DNA of 64,000 nucleotides from Microcoleus sp. (GTDB lineage Bacteria; Cyanobacteriota; Cyanobacteriia; Cyanobacteriales; Microcoleaceae): NCBI GenBank assembly GCA_052279835.1, contig CP181291.1, positions 5,792,001 to 5,856,000 of the forward strand, read 5' to 3'. Shown piece by piece: positions 40,301 to 47,116 of this stretch (position 1 is its first letter; each line of letters starts with the position of its first letter). The notes under the pieces were generated by a model. It saw only the letters and a program-made list of their open reading frames with translations, ran no database searches and was not told where the DNA came from. The position numbers and the translations under genes were made by a program.

Positions 40301-41968
40301 GAAGAAAGGGAGAAAAAAGAACAGGAATTAGCCATTGCTCAAGCTCGTCTGGATGGGATTGCTCGCATCCGCGAACAAACTGAACAAACCTTTATTCAGT
40401 TAGTAACCATCGAAAAACTGGATTTAGCCCAAGCGAAATTAGAGCAAGAAATTGCCGAATCCCGTCAGAAGGGAATTGATGAAGCAGTGCAAGCGAGGAT
40501 GGAACGAGACAGACTAGAAACGGCACGTCAGAGAACAGAAACTGTTGCCAAAATCGAACAGTTGCGGCAACTGCAAGCGGAAGATAATCTGCGGCAAGCA
40601 TTAAATCAGGGGCGGGGAAATCTGGGAATGACTACCCTCGAAGCAACGGACGATCCGGTGCAATTGCAAACACAATTAGCGGGACTTCTCGCATCGCTGA
40701 AAGATTTGGAAACTCAGCAGGAATCTGATTTACCAGCAGATTTGAAGGCTTTGTTAGCAGAAGCGCGGGGTGATATCCATGAAGCGCTGCAAGGGAAAGA
40801 AGCGGCGAATATTCAGGAAAATCTGCTGAAGGCAATGGACGGTTTAATCGGGCAAATTCAGCAGTACAAAACTGAGATAAATCGCATCGATCTAGAGGAA
40901 CAGTGGGATAGTCAGTTGTTGCAAACTGCTCAGACAGATTTGCAAGGTGCTTCTCAACAATTGTTGAAAGAGTTGCAGCGTGCTGAGGAATTATCGGGTG
41001 AAAAGCAGGTGATTGAGCCGCTGTATATGCTGGCTTTGACTAAGCTTGCTTATGCGGAACAAGCGGTTGAGATGTCTGGTAATTTGGCTGAGCAGTCGAA
41101 GGAAATGCTCGACCAAATTATCAAGCAGCGGGTTGCGGAACGGAAGGCTCGGAAGAAGGCTTTTTGGAATAAGATTTTGGGGATTGTCAGTGGTGTGATT
41201 GGTCTGCTGAGTGCCATTACCTTTTTTATCCCAGGCCTACAACCACTTTCCATAATTCTGGGGGCTGCAAGTGCTGGAATTAATGCGATTCAATCAATCA
41301 TCAACGGCGACTGGTTGGGTGGTATTTTTAGTATTGTGATGGCAGGGGTAAATGTTGTTACCGCTGGCATGGGCAATGCACTAACTAAAGGCACTCAATT
41401 AGCAATTAAAGGATTGCAATCTGTTGCTACTGGTGCTTTTAATGGTGTTCGTTCCATGATGTCTGGTGACAATATTATGGGATTCTTGCAAATTTTAGGA
41501 GGTGTCGCGGGTGCTGTTACTTCTGGGCTTTCTAGTTTCATTGGTCAAGCACCTTCTTTAATTCAAAAAATGATGCTGCAAGTTTTCAATAGTTTGCAAA
41601 AAGTACCAACCATGATTTATAGTGGGATTAAATCAATTGAGAATGGCGATTGGTTTAGCGCGATTGGCAACATCTTTAATTCTGTTATCACTCTTGGTAC
41701 AAACTTCGCTGGAGTGTTTAATAGTACGGCTGGCAAAGTATTTGAATATCTGGGTAAAATTGGGAATACTGGTTTAGCCATAGGTGGCGCGATTAAGGAG
41801 GGCAGTATTGAAGGTTGGTTGTCTGGAATTACCAGCATCATTGATATGTGGGGGTCAGATATTGTCAAGTTGGTCGATCGGCTAAAAGGAGAACCACTTA
41901 ACCCAGTTCTGGTGGGAGAAGGTGGCGATTTGGTTTCTTCTTGTTTATCTGAAAAATCAGCACCGTAG
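28355..41968 (+). CDS. Giant (~4,537 aa) protein: tandem repeats, two DUF4114-like domains, Ig-like domain, S8 subtilase, very long coiled coil, hydrophobic Gly-rich C-terminus
   Basis: AGGAG at 28340 before ATG 28355; FAMED..SDRDYNDFVF and FGWED..ADRDFNDLIF; S8 motifs GFID, ANLSF, ATGN, ITVGAV, APGG, GTSRSASYVTAAASL, GAGLVD; Q/E/L/A-rich heptads. Confidence 0.88.
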   Translation: MATTNEVSSNQLIDVLITDTLPGSAAKNSILNPLSSSNSQNIGGSALIDSKTQPVVEADKLSTPSDALNSKSAIAEPNSKKIDDSLIVSDTLKGGLSGSASTSISQETLSSSPGTDVKDTLTGSTKDAQLVVIKGDTITATDSLTNPQSVEKIASDKTPDTLADKETKPEIAIAPNTSVTESKPATTTLAEKETKTEIAIAPNTSVAESKPATTTLAEKETKTEIAIAQTTSVTESKPATTTLAEKETKTEIAIAPNTSVTESKPATTTLAEKETKTEIAIAPNTSVAESKPATTTLAEKETKTEIAIAPNTSVAESKPATTVTEASKTDKSTTDKPANTVADISKNSNHESSQSTTQTENKAVEKTEISVIEASKEPNTISTNPNIVAANNPFVSGKFIVDSKGQVGIDFVFDGGLYKGQLAIFSLKGMEKFVPGSEEFIKEIASRALSNSAKGHVVINDLSEGAKFTGNLPEGNSNEGTYLGVKTFAMTPGEEFGVMLVPNGTVQEVLNNPAIGGDKLPLFSMATANPNQAFQVGQIADVTGDGNTFAMEDMRVDLGSDRDYNDFVFQVRGAKGNAVRLNDVINPDKDWRKTDMGQALIAYAKPYVEPKLEPEKEDAKPVNNAPSGSVLDVPISDIAGDSNAEDKKAIAPVSPATESVDKTEVATSDKAVTPAVKIEEDKKAIAPVSPAAESVSKTEVVTSDKAVTPAVKIEEDKKAIAPVSPGTESVDKTEVATSDKAVTPAVKIEEDKKAIAPVSPGAESVEKTEVATSETTVTPAVKIEEEKKAIAPISPAAESVSKTEVVTSDKAVTPAVKIEEDKKAIAPVSPGTESVDKTEVATSDKAVTPAVKIEEDKKAIAPISPAAESVEKTAVVTSETSVAPVVKIEEDKKAIAPISPAVESVEKTAVVTSETSVAPVVKIEEDKKAIAPVSPGTESVSKTEVQTSETSIKLVVEIAEDKKAIAPVSPGTESVSKTEVVTSTKLTNEGSETGFLSTNTSSQPTDSVKKPISSFAADQPSSETTLTESSTKTNTNQSTLETTNAQNPVILPNIEITQSNLNLPTTNSLSNLTPGVWTVGETGQVSFDFLVDAGLYEGEIAIVNLSGMEQYSPNSDAFKQEAIKRALSNSELGYIAIRDRLEGARFSGEFGEPNVNHGQYQGIKTFAMPPGAKFALMLVPNGTVKEISESPSLWADKTPLFSIPAANPDSQGMLADFTGKGNTFGWEDIPGNQADRDFNDLIFAIDGATANVPEIAANVNANTQWLESKAGQEILNKALLNDKPPAIKPVVDIALTPAQPTRIIDLAQVFVDPEASTLKYEVVEGNSPSLAVSLQGNNLQLTGLPQSGVTDVVIRATDAAGNSVIHNFAVTNSNLSTESITAVNNALTDFTKVINQNSQSFSEALSTDAAAESLENLATLLEQYPDALPLFNKPDSLAKLGISDSNLPTIKQLLQSPEVAAEFGLSVSLGEALSHPDSADIDKFLLNADEAIYLLPSDAHQPKVGFIDFTEGEHIQRVTSAFSSINSLAKYDTFTVDRGNWAEQLIRFVDEVKAKGENRAIANLSFDLSQLDDIGITTRYELTPEEQTAIQYARENNVLLVVATGNTGGVMSALGAASKQFDNIITVGAVNQFESKTDYSAYGEGLDLMAPGGSWANDANAFVGTSRSASYVTAAASLVWAANPALSLTQVKQLLIDTAADLNTPGWDKETGAGLVDVKSAIDRALSLEPKPLEPLKPGLQVSLFSGEGRVETLARAASEPTEKAIFELDKAQQDLLEQWQVLADLGNPSLSLSDLQADSVQKIADALNKYQQVSTNAGITDAHNQQRVEELALATSHYLIENDRLQKLLAQRKELEERLAKLGKDKSDLEAETQKLLEAIQAQIAKAETDLAKAQAKLLNPFANVGDNLQTDPAPWREAANKQQEFASNFQEQAAMQDAEAARFSAISNSINPLRWQPVGSEKGRCGRRQEIWGMANDPNLLKQKNQSQWQSQIASQNSQSLQQLSQQAAQQEGALNQYAQFLEERPTNLGEDGIEKADKVVQILEEQAAQQAKIAENYANLAAIAALRQQQNQTQANWHNSQINRQEQVGTKRTGRSGSKTEPVYGNVYYPEHIAPRDMAQQLANQAAAESQAYGQLAKQAEQQTSALKEQARKLKTNIKDWPVLKQGIDYEIAADALRLQAEQDLLALHDPVQRQKLETLLKEIDLAEKELQRLENEKIPAQQQLTDATENQLKASQAQLEAIQAEKAEAVKNLQNFLETAGFLLPYRERLLAVDKQIEKLESEQLDAFKTVLELQNQLQKNPSDSLQQQLNNWRNYLQNLEQELAWAKLQRDQLAMALADSPERLAIANLIKTLETAPASLNPQAKIAFLKSIEGSGANFLAGFDNLASRLTQGKTEQAQTEKSLAALQKEYRELGLKKADLEKQIPEKQKQIVDKDKEIQGTESAIAQTTSSLSTVAAAQLTDIPSAIASTDTAIQQQKSAVQGYQNQINQAFAAANSLEQQRQANQNAANYWNSQIYVFNADAYLAYNPDVAKAFGWNPKLAYQHYLSYGRYEGRLPNPQAAVYRNNHQAAANYLAQQRDLATSNAQQLNATLQPQIATAQQQIGTLETDKNLLVKLSGLNAQLSQQQQQRDNLVKDLEKLNQQKADTEQKLIDKYREIELTSQYLQQVEGEVDRLQSRLDVLNRTGVLQTKYQQDWNAWQQANQTQVTATESLLATRQAGSADRQLLADLQSQLKPVQENLQKGRSLQKSLDDTQQALAFTNLQIGNQNLVIQSAIDNDPGLAAAERYQLNLADASRQKTWYWNGSAWAYNAGEAAAARSYLQAASFIADERNKLWQRRQDAAKKINELTQKAAEQQSQIASLSSQLQALGGMTQLEAGFNTVQSAIASVNQRLQPLQNRENQLIQTIKNAASQAANLAAEMAQTTQLKSTSLRQLIGLGMLASESDVDFFATQVDPQVNTHLEKLRGQGQDLTNQINSINDLVTNWEQQLANTTEPEEQEYLKNSIEMSKSQISSLEALQASSLTAADDLEKLLKQATDALLPLRQKQELEIRQKLESNDNRLNALQSQLNSENAAEAAIKDNTVLAHAQLTDQVRQDLTNSVNNKTQELLEGNPMTKKLGDNQQKLSESVDGLIAEIDDRFAEPYGAYQRSEANLEDGIKTLGVVENLADALDDGVTSTEEAIEKIKLRIKQDEELWQEIAPIAMRYGVESQELKDYQQQYQAILEAKSPKLAQAQTLLTNAESLQKQAASESNRSTILTQQITALKNTLPTQIRNLLEQSNQINNVQGISPFGQKLNINLANQLTSILNAYPYADIINQINSLQQQVQAAQNQSSALTQQATNLQKQADILKEQANDDVNAEVKTLRSKFLEEHPENGTAINSLQGATLEGRSSNQHISKLLNSTVDELLAADAVEGRTPNQTLFEKAKAEQASHEAQGYAALAQADWYEQRAAYHWSVINRNRANWQSSPYWSEERCYRGRSGKRKCEWVTHVDHNWILWDTYSKLFPQLRQQGIAHLAEADKWRKEKERIEPLAKQWTDANNAANEAQPPVKEARDFFAQLEEARKSIPGDKIQLELLENLLPTLKQQLEQAESEAAAQNAKVQQQWEDYDTNSEEYRAAVADILARRGELNKQAIETQQQIADVEKWVERQSVALAPELAGTKALIDSLKQQQQAITNQIAEFVKQGATVDGLQDLYSKEAQLKQTLQLLTNKAAILTAQQTALTQKRTLLTAQNEVIIAEQRLLDAYTKDPDADTSNLQKQLQDARAALAEAQRLAEQAEAASKILTAPLQQLKEDLLVQNDEHLKLARENQQILKALVEATQANANYTIQAAQKQQQVNILESQILQRLQAITENAAQEAKQRLLQAAANDMATAAEIYYRDYSDLASDKGSSSSRGLAQPQDRILADRYYQEMLNNRELQRRAQAQADAFGAARKTAEAQMKTLQAQQETAAKILRDLNDKIATTQEEREKKEQELAIAQARLDGIARIREQTEQTFIQLVTIEKLDLAQAKLEQEIAESRQKGIDEAVQARMERDRLETARQRTETVAKIEQLRQLQAEDNLRQALNQGRGNLGMTTLEATDDPVQLQTQLAGLLASLKDLETQQESDLPADLKALLAEARGDIHEALQGKEAANIQENLLKAMDGLIGQIQQYKTEINRIDLEEQWDSQLLQTAQTDLQGASQQLLKELQRAEELSGEKQVIEPLYMLALTKLAYAEQAVEMSGNLAEQSKEMLDQIIKQRVAERKARKKAFWNKILGIVSGVIGLLSAITFFIPGLQPLSIILGAASAGINAIQSIINGDWLGGIFSIVMAGVNVVTAGMGNALTKGTQLAIKGLQSVATGAFNGVRSMMSGDNIMGFLQILGGVAGAVTSGLSSFIGQAPSLIQKMMLQVFNSLQKVPTMIYSGIKSIENGDWFSAIGNIFNSVITLGTNFAGVFNSTAGKVFEYLGKIGNTGLAIGGAIKEGSIEGWLSGITSIIDMWGSDIVKLVDRLKGEPLNPVLVGEGGDLVSSCLSEKSAP
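28833..29318 (+). repeat. Six 81-bp (27 aa) intragenic tandem repeats
   Basis: TLAEKETKTEIAIAPNTSVTESKPATT units, each with one HIP1 site. Confidence 0.92.
30287..31302 (+). repeat. About ten 105-bp (35 aa) intragenic tandem repeats
   Basis: EDKKAIAPVSP..ESV.KTEV.TS.....PAVKIE units, each with one HIP1 site. Confidence 0.92.
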
Positions 41969-42044
41969 GTTGGGTTGAGGTAACGAAACCCAACATCTAA
42001 CCACACATCAAAGTTGGGTTTCTCTATCGTTCAACCCAACCTAC
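41966..42044. repeat. REP doublet (GTAGGTTGGGTTGA...TCAACCCAACCTAC) overlapping the giant gene stop codon
   Basis: Inverted repeat with GTAG ends. Confidence 0.8.
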
Positions 42045-42094
42045 TATTTCACTACAATTTCACACAAACACACAATAATTTAGAGGACAAAATC

Positions 42095-45000
42095 ATGTTA
42101 CCCATTTCTTTTATCGAAATTCAAAACCAAATCTTAGGTGCTGTGGTAGGGATTAATGGAACGCCATTTAGCCTGAATTACAGCAGCGATCGCACTTCAG
42201 GCCGTCAAGCAGCTTATACCCGCACAATTCCCGTCAGCGGTTCCCACGTCGCGGCCGATTTAGAACGGATTGAACTGGAAATTAAGGTTGCAGGACAAGA
42301 ATTTAAGCAGGTTTTTCCGCCACAACCCAATCAAACTTACACCTTTGTCTGGGATGGGAAAGATGCTGATGGTAAGCTATTGTCAGGGAAGCAACCCGTC
42401 ACTATTCGCACGACTTTTATTTATCCCGAATCCCAATACAATCAATCTAAGGAAGGAACGACTACTCTGGGCACTTGGAATGCGATCGCCCAAGGTTTAG
42501 GCGGTTGGACTTTGAATGTTCATCATGCTTATGATGTGGCGGGAAAAACTCTGTATTTGGGTAACGGTCAGCGGCAAAATAATGTAGAGGCGATCGCACA
42601 TTGCAATCTGGAAGCGATCGCACATTCTGTCGCTAGTATCAATGTCCGCCGGGGGTTAAAACCCCCGTCTCATAGCGAAAGTCGGTTAAAACCGACTGAA
42701 GATGTTTCTGCTTCTTCAATTCATAGCCGCCAAGGAATTAATTCCCTGTCTGATAGTGAAAGTCAGTTGAAACCGACTGAAGACGTTTCTGCTTCTTCAG
42801 TCCACTTCAGTGGACTTTCGCTATTAGACGGGGGTTTTAACCCCCGGCGGGATGACAACGCAGCGAACAAAAACCAAACTAACGAAATAGCTATTCCCAG
42901 TGAAGGTGGCGGTCAACTCTACATTTTCGACAACACAGGTCGTCATCTGTACACCATCAGCACTCTCACTAAAGCCTTAATCTATCGCTTTGAATACGAT
43001 GATGCTGGCTATTTAAAATCTATTGCCGATGGTGACAACAACATTACCCAAATAGACGGCCACGCTGATGGTTTTTCCATTGCCATTATTGCCCCTTACG
43101 GTCAGCGTACTAACTTAAATCTCAATGCAGACGGCTACTTAGAAAGCGTCACCAATCCTGCCAATGAAAGCAGCGCATTTAACTATACCAATCATGGTTT
43201 GTTAACCAGCTTCACCGACCCGAAAGGCAATCTATACCAATTTGAATACGATGAATTAGGACGTTTGCACAGCCGTCAAGAACCCGATGGCAGTTTCGAT
43301 TTATTGGCGCGAACTCGCACTGAAAATGGTTTCACGGTTGCTAAAATTACCGCTACGGGACGCGAGTCTACCTATTTAACCGAGCGCTTATCAACAGGTG
43401 AGGAACGTCAGGTTAATACGGGTTGTGGGGGTACGGGTGCGATCGTCGCCCTAACCGCCAAAGACGGCACAGAAACGATTACTTATCCCGATGGCAGCAC
43501 TTTCATCCAAGAACAACAACCCGATCCGCGTTTTGGCAAACAAGCATCTTTATTAAAGCGAACTGTCTTGAAAACACCAGGGGGATTGACAGCAAATTTA
43601 TCATTAACGCGGTCTTGCAATCTCGCCGATCCTAATGACCCTTTGAGTTTAATTTCTCTCACCGATACGGTAGATTTCAACGGACGTAAATCGACTACTA
43701 CTTTTGATGCAGAAAACAACCAAATTATCTACCAATCTCCAGCAGGACGGCGCAGTATTCTTAATTTAGATGAAGGAGGAAGAGTCATTAAAACTGAGAC
43801 TGCTGGCTTAGAATCTGTCAGTTTTAACTACGATAATCGCGGGCGTTTAATTAGTGCGATGCAGGGAAATCAGACGATTCTTAATTACAGCTACGATGAA
43901 CAAGGTCGCCTCAGCAGTCTTGGCAATGCGGAAGGGAATCAAGTTCAGTACACCTACGATGAAGTCGGGCGAATTATTCAGACGACTTTACCCAGTGGCA
44001 GAACTTACAATTTTGCTTACGATGCTAATAGCAACTTGACTCAAATTACAGTGCCAAATGGTGCGGTGCATTGCCTTAAATATACGCCAGGAAATTTAGA
44101 AGCGGGTTATGTACCGCCTGCGATCGATCCTAGTTATTCCTTAACAAGCAGCGAAGAGAACCCCCCCAACCCCCCCTTGTTAAGGGGGGGCTATGAGGAA
44201 AACCTCTCTAACTCCCCCCTGGTTGATGAGGACAATTCCTCTAACTCCCCCCTTAGCAAGGGGGGCGGGGGGGGTTATTCCAGCACCTACGACTCGGAAC
44301 AACAACTGACAAACTCTACCCTTCCCAGTGGTCGAACTGTTCAAGGAATTTACAATCAATCTGGCGATTTAGAACGGGCAACCTACCCAGAAGCAACGGT
44401 AGAAGTCACCTACGAAAAAGAGTCGAAACGGGTGACAAAACTCGTCCGCACTCCCGTAGAAGGCGGCACACCCCAAGAAATGACGTTTACCTATGACGGC
44501 GGTTTAGTAACTGAAATGGCGTGGAGTGGCGTTACTAACGGGACTTACCGCTATCGTTACGATAATAATTTTTCCCTAGTGGGGATGCAGTTAGATGACG
44601 AACCGGAAATCGAAATGAAGCGAGATGCGGACGGGTTGCTGACCCAATACGGTCAATTTCAAGTAGTAAGAGATCGGGCAACGGGTGCGCCGACTCAGAT
44701 GACTGATGGTAAGATGAAAATTGACATTGAGTACGATAATTCCAGTCGCGTCATTTCTCGGACAAATCTGGTTAACGGGCGAGTCATCTATCAATTACAG
44801 CTTAGTTATGATGTTCTCAGTCGCATTGTGCAGAAGCGGGAAACGGTGACGGGTACAACCCATATTTACGATTACACTTACGATCTTGATGGTCAATTGA
44901 TTTTAGTCAAGTGTGACGGTGAAATAGTCGAGCGTTATGTCTATGATGACAACGGAAACCGGACTGAGTGGCAGTTAGGAACCCAACAGCATACCGCCAG

Positions 45001-46042
45001 TTATGATGCTCAAGATCGTTTGATTGAGTTGGATGGAACGCCCTATGAATTTGATGCGGATGGTTTCTTAATGCAGCGTGGTGATATGACGCTCAAGTAC
45101 AGTGCGACTGGGGAATTGTTAGAGGTGAGTTGGCCTGATGGTAAGGCGATTAACTATACCTACGATAGTATGAATCGGCGGGTGGCGCGGACTGATGAAA
45201 AGGGGACGGTGCAGTATCTTTATGGGAATCCTAATCATCCGTTTCAGGTGACGGCGGTGCGCGATAATTCGGGGAATTTGAGTGTTTATGAATATGATGA
45301 TTTTGGTTCTTTGATGGCTATTCGACGTGGTGATAGTTGGTATGGTGTTACTACCGATCAATTGGGGACACCGCGAGTAGTTTTTGATGAGAGCGATCGG
45401 GTTGTTAAGGTTCTCAAATATGACAGCTTTGGTCAAGTTATTGGTGATAGTAATCCCGCCTTTGAACTGCATATTTGTTTTGTCGGGGGGTTGATAGATG
45501 TGGCTACGGAGTTATTGCGGTTTGGATTTAGGGATTATGATTCTGTAGCGGGCAAGTGGACAGCAAAAGATCCAATTAGCTTTGCTGGTGGTGATGTAAA
45601 TTTATATCGATATGTAGTTAATCAACCTATTAATCTTGTTGATCCTGATGGTAGATTTGCAATTCTCATCCCTTGTGGTTATGGAGCAGTAGGTGGGTTA
45701 GCTATTGAAGGAGCTCACCAATTGGAAAACTACAAACAAACAGGTGGCTTTGATGGATTGGCAATAGCGCGATCAACAGTTACAGGTTGTCTGGGCGGTT
45801 ATGTAGGCGGTTTTTTCGGAGGAAAGTTAATATCTGCTGCTGTGGGTGGTTTCGTAACTGGTTACTATGATAATCGTTTTACACCAAAGAGTAAACATAC
45901 ATACGTTCTTTCGGGGCCAATGCAAGGATGGTGGGATGATTTAGTTTTTGACGAATATGGAAAAGTAATTTCAGGCAAAAAATGTCAGCACAAAGAATAT
46001 AAAAACGATCAGGAATTGACGACTATTATATTCCAGCCCTAG
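42095..46042 (+). CDS. Teneurin-like YD-shell/RHS protein with ~129 aa variable C-terminal tip
   Basis: N-terminal GTPFSLNYSSDR, VAG..F...F...PN.TYTFVWDG.DA.G, GGWTLNVHH; many YD repeats; RHS core DQLGTP...RDYD...GKW..KDP...PINLVDPDG; AGAGGA RBS. Confidence 0.88.
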   Translation: MLPISFIEIQNQILGAVVGINGTPFSLNYSSDRTSGRQAAYTRTIPVSGSHVAADLERIELEIKVAGQEFKQVFPPQPNQTYTFVWDGKDADGKLLSGKQPVTIRTTFIYPESQYNQSKEGTTTLGTWNAIAQGLGGWTLNVHHAYDVAGKTLYLGNGQRQNNVEAIAHCNLEAIAHSVASINVRRGLKPPSHSESRLKPTEDVSASSIHSRQGINSLSDSESQLKPTEDVSASSVHFSGLSLLDGGFNPRRDDNAANKNQTNEIAIPSEGGGQLYIFDNTGRHLYTISTLTKALIYRFEYDDAGYLKSIADGDNNITQIDGHADGFSIAIIAPYGQRTNLNLNADGYLESVTNPANESSAFNYTNHGLLTSFTDPKGNLYQFEYDELGRLHSRQEPDGSFDLLARTRTENGFTVAKITATGRESTYLTERLSTGEERQVNTGCGGTGAIVALTAKDGTETITYPDGSTFIQEQQPDPRFGKQASLLKRTVLKTPGGLTANLSLTRSCNLADPNDPLSLISLTDTVDFNGRKSTTTFDAENNQIIYQSPAGRRSILNLDEGGRVIKTETAGLESVSFNYDNRGRLISAMQGNQTILNYSYDEQGRLSSLGNAEGNQVQYTYDEVGRIIQTTLPSGRTYNFAYDANSNLTQITVPNGAVHCLKYTPGNLEAGYVPPAIDPSYSLTSSEENPPNPPLLRGGYEENLSNSPLVDEDNSSNSPLSKGGGGGYSSTYDSEQQLTNSTLPSGRTVQGIYNQSGDLERATYPEATVEVTYEKESKRVTKLVRTPVEGGTPQEMTFTYDGGLVTEMAWSGVTNGTYRYRYDNNFSLVGMQLDDEPEIEMKRDADGLLTQYGQFQVVRDRATGAPTQMTDGKMKIDIEYDNSSRVISRTNLVNGRVIYQLQLSYDVLSRIVQKRETVTGTTHIYDYTYDLDGQLILVKCDGEIVERYVYDDNGNRTEWQLGTQQHTASYDAQDRLIELDGTPYEFDADGFLMQRGDMTLKYSATGELLEVSWPDGKAINYTYDSMNRRVARTDEKGTVQYLYGNPNHPFQVTAVRDNSGNLSVYEYDDFGSLMAIRRGDSWYGVTTDQLGTPRVVFDESDRVVKVLKYDSFGQVIGDSNPAFELHICFVGGLIDVATELLRFGFRDYDSVAGKWTAKDPISFAGGDVNLYRYVVNQPINLVDPDGRFAILIPCGYGAVGGLAIEGAHQLENYKQTGGFDGLAIARSTVTGCLGGYVGGFFGGKLISAAVGGFVTGYYDNRFTPKSKHTYVLSGPMQGWWDDLVFDEYGKVISGKKCQHKEYKNDQELTTIIFQP
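42646..42850. mobile_element. MITE-like element with 38-bp terminal inverted repeats inside the open RHS frame
   Basis: CCGCCGGGGGTTAAAACCCCCGTCT(C/A)ATAGCGAAAGTC at both ends, 37 of 38 matching. Confidence 0.8.
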
Positions 46043-46069
46043 TATTAAGATATTTAAGAAATCAATTGT

Positions 46070-47008
46070 ATGACTGTACTAAAAGCATTTTCTTCCTGTG
46101 CAACACTAACAGATTCTAGCAATGAACAACCACAAGGCAAAACAATCACCTACACCTACGACAGCATGAACCGTCGGGTTGCTCGTACCAATGAAAATGG
46201 CACAACCCAATACCTCTACGGCAACCCCAACCATCCCTTTCAACTCACCGCCGTGCGTTCTATATCAGGCAGTTTAAGCCGCTATCACTATGATGATTTT
46301 GGCTTACTCTTTGCCCTAGAACGGGATAACAACTGGTATTACATCACCACTGACCAACTCGGCACGCCGCGTGTCGTCTGCGATGCCAATGGTGAACTCG
46401 TCAAAGTTCTGGAATACGATAGCTTTGGTCAAGTTATTGCTGATAGTAATCCAGAGTTTGAACTGCATATTAGTTTTGCCGGGGGGTTGATAGATGTGGA
46501 TACCGAGTTAGTGCGGTTTGGGTTTAGGGATTATGATGCTGTAGCGGGGAAGTGGACGGCGAAAGATCCGATGGGTTTCGCCGCCCAAAACGGCAATTTA
46601 TACCAGTATGTCAATAACAATACAATCAACTATAAAGATCCATTAGGGCTTTATCCAAATTGGGTTGTAAACGTAGCCAGTGCCATTATTAATCCTTTAG
46701 CAGACATGATTTCCGGTGGCGCTCCGATGTGTGGAATTGGCCCCGATAGAGATGCTACAACGGTCATACCTGGTAAGCCTGGTAAGCCTGGTAAGTGTCC
46801 TGCGCCCCAAAATGCCCAGGACTTAGCTTGCATTCTTCACGACTTTCGCTTAACCTTTGAGTTGGATAAAAAGTTCTGGGAAGTCTGGGATTCGGATGTC
46901 TCCCAAGCTCATTGGGAATTAGCTAAAAACTCACCCTCCCTTGGCATGAAAATCACATTTACTATTTTATCTTTACCCGGTTTACCTTTTCGATTATTTA
47001 ATCCATAA
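46070..47008 (+). CDS. Orphan RHS core cassette with phospholipase A2-like tip
   Basis: Repeats the upstream RHS core from YTYDSMNRRVART to DPLG; tip has CGIGP and PQNAQDLACILHD. Confidence 0.82.
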   Translation: MTVLKAFSSCATLTDSSNEQPQGKTITYTYDSMNRRVARTNENGTTQYLYGNPNHPFQLTAVRSISGSLSRYHYDDFGLLFALERDNNWYYITTDQLGTPRVVCDANGELVKVLEYDSFGQVIADSNPEFELHISFAGGLIDVDTELVRFGFRDYDAVAGKWTAKDPMGFAAQNGNLYQYVNNNTINYKDPLGLYPNWVVNVASAIINPLADMISGGAPMCGIGPDRDATTVIPGKPGKPGKCPAPQNAQDLACILHDFRLTFELDKKFWEVWDSDVSQAHWELAKNSPSLGMKITFTILSLPGLPFRLFNP

Positions 47009-47116
47009 ACTTAATTTTCCAGAAACCGGGTTTCTGCGATAACTTTTGCATCCTACTGAAATATTTAGGAAGAAACCCGGTTTCTTGATACACGCACGCC
47101 CCTTCAGAATCAACAT

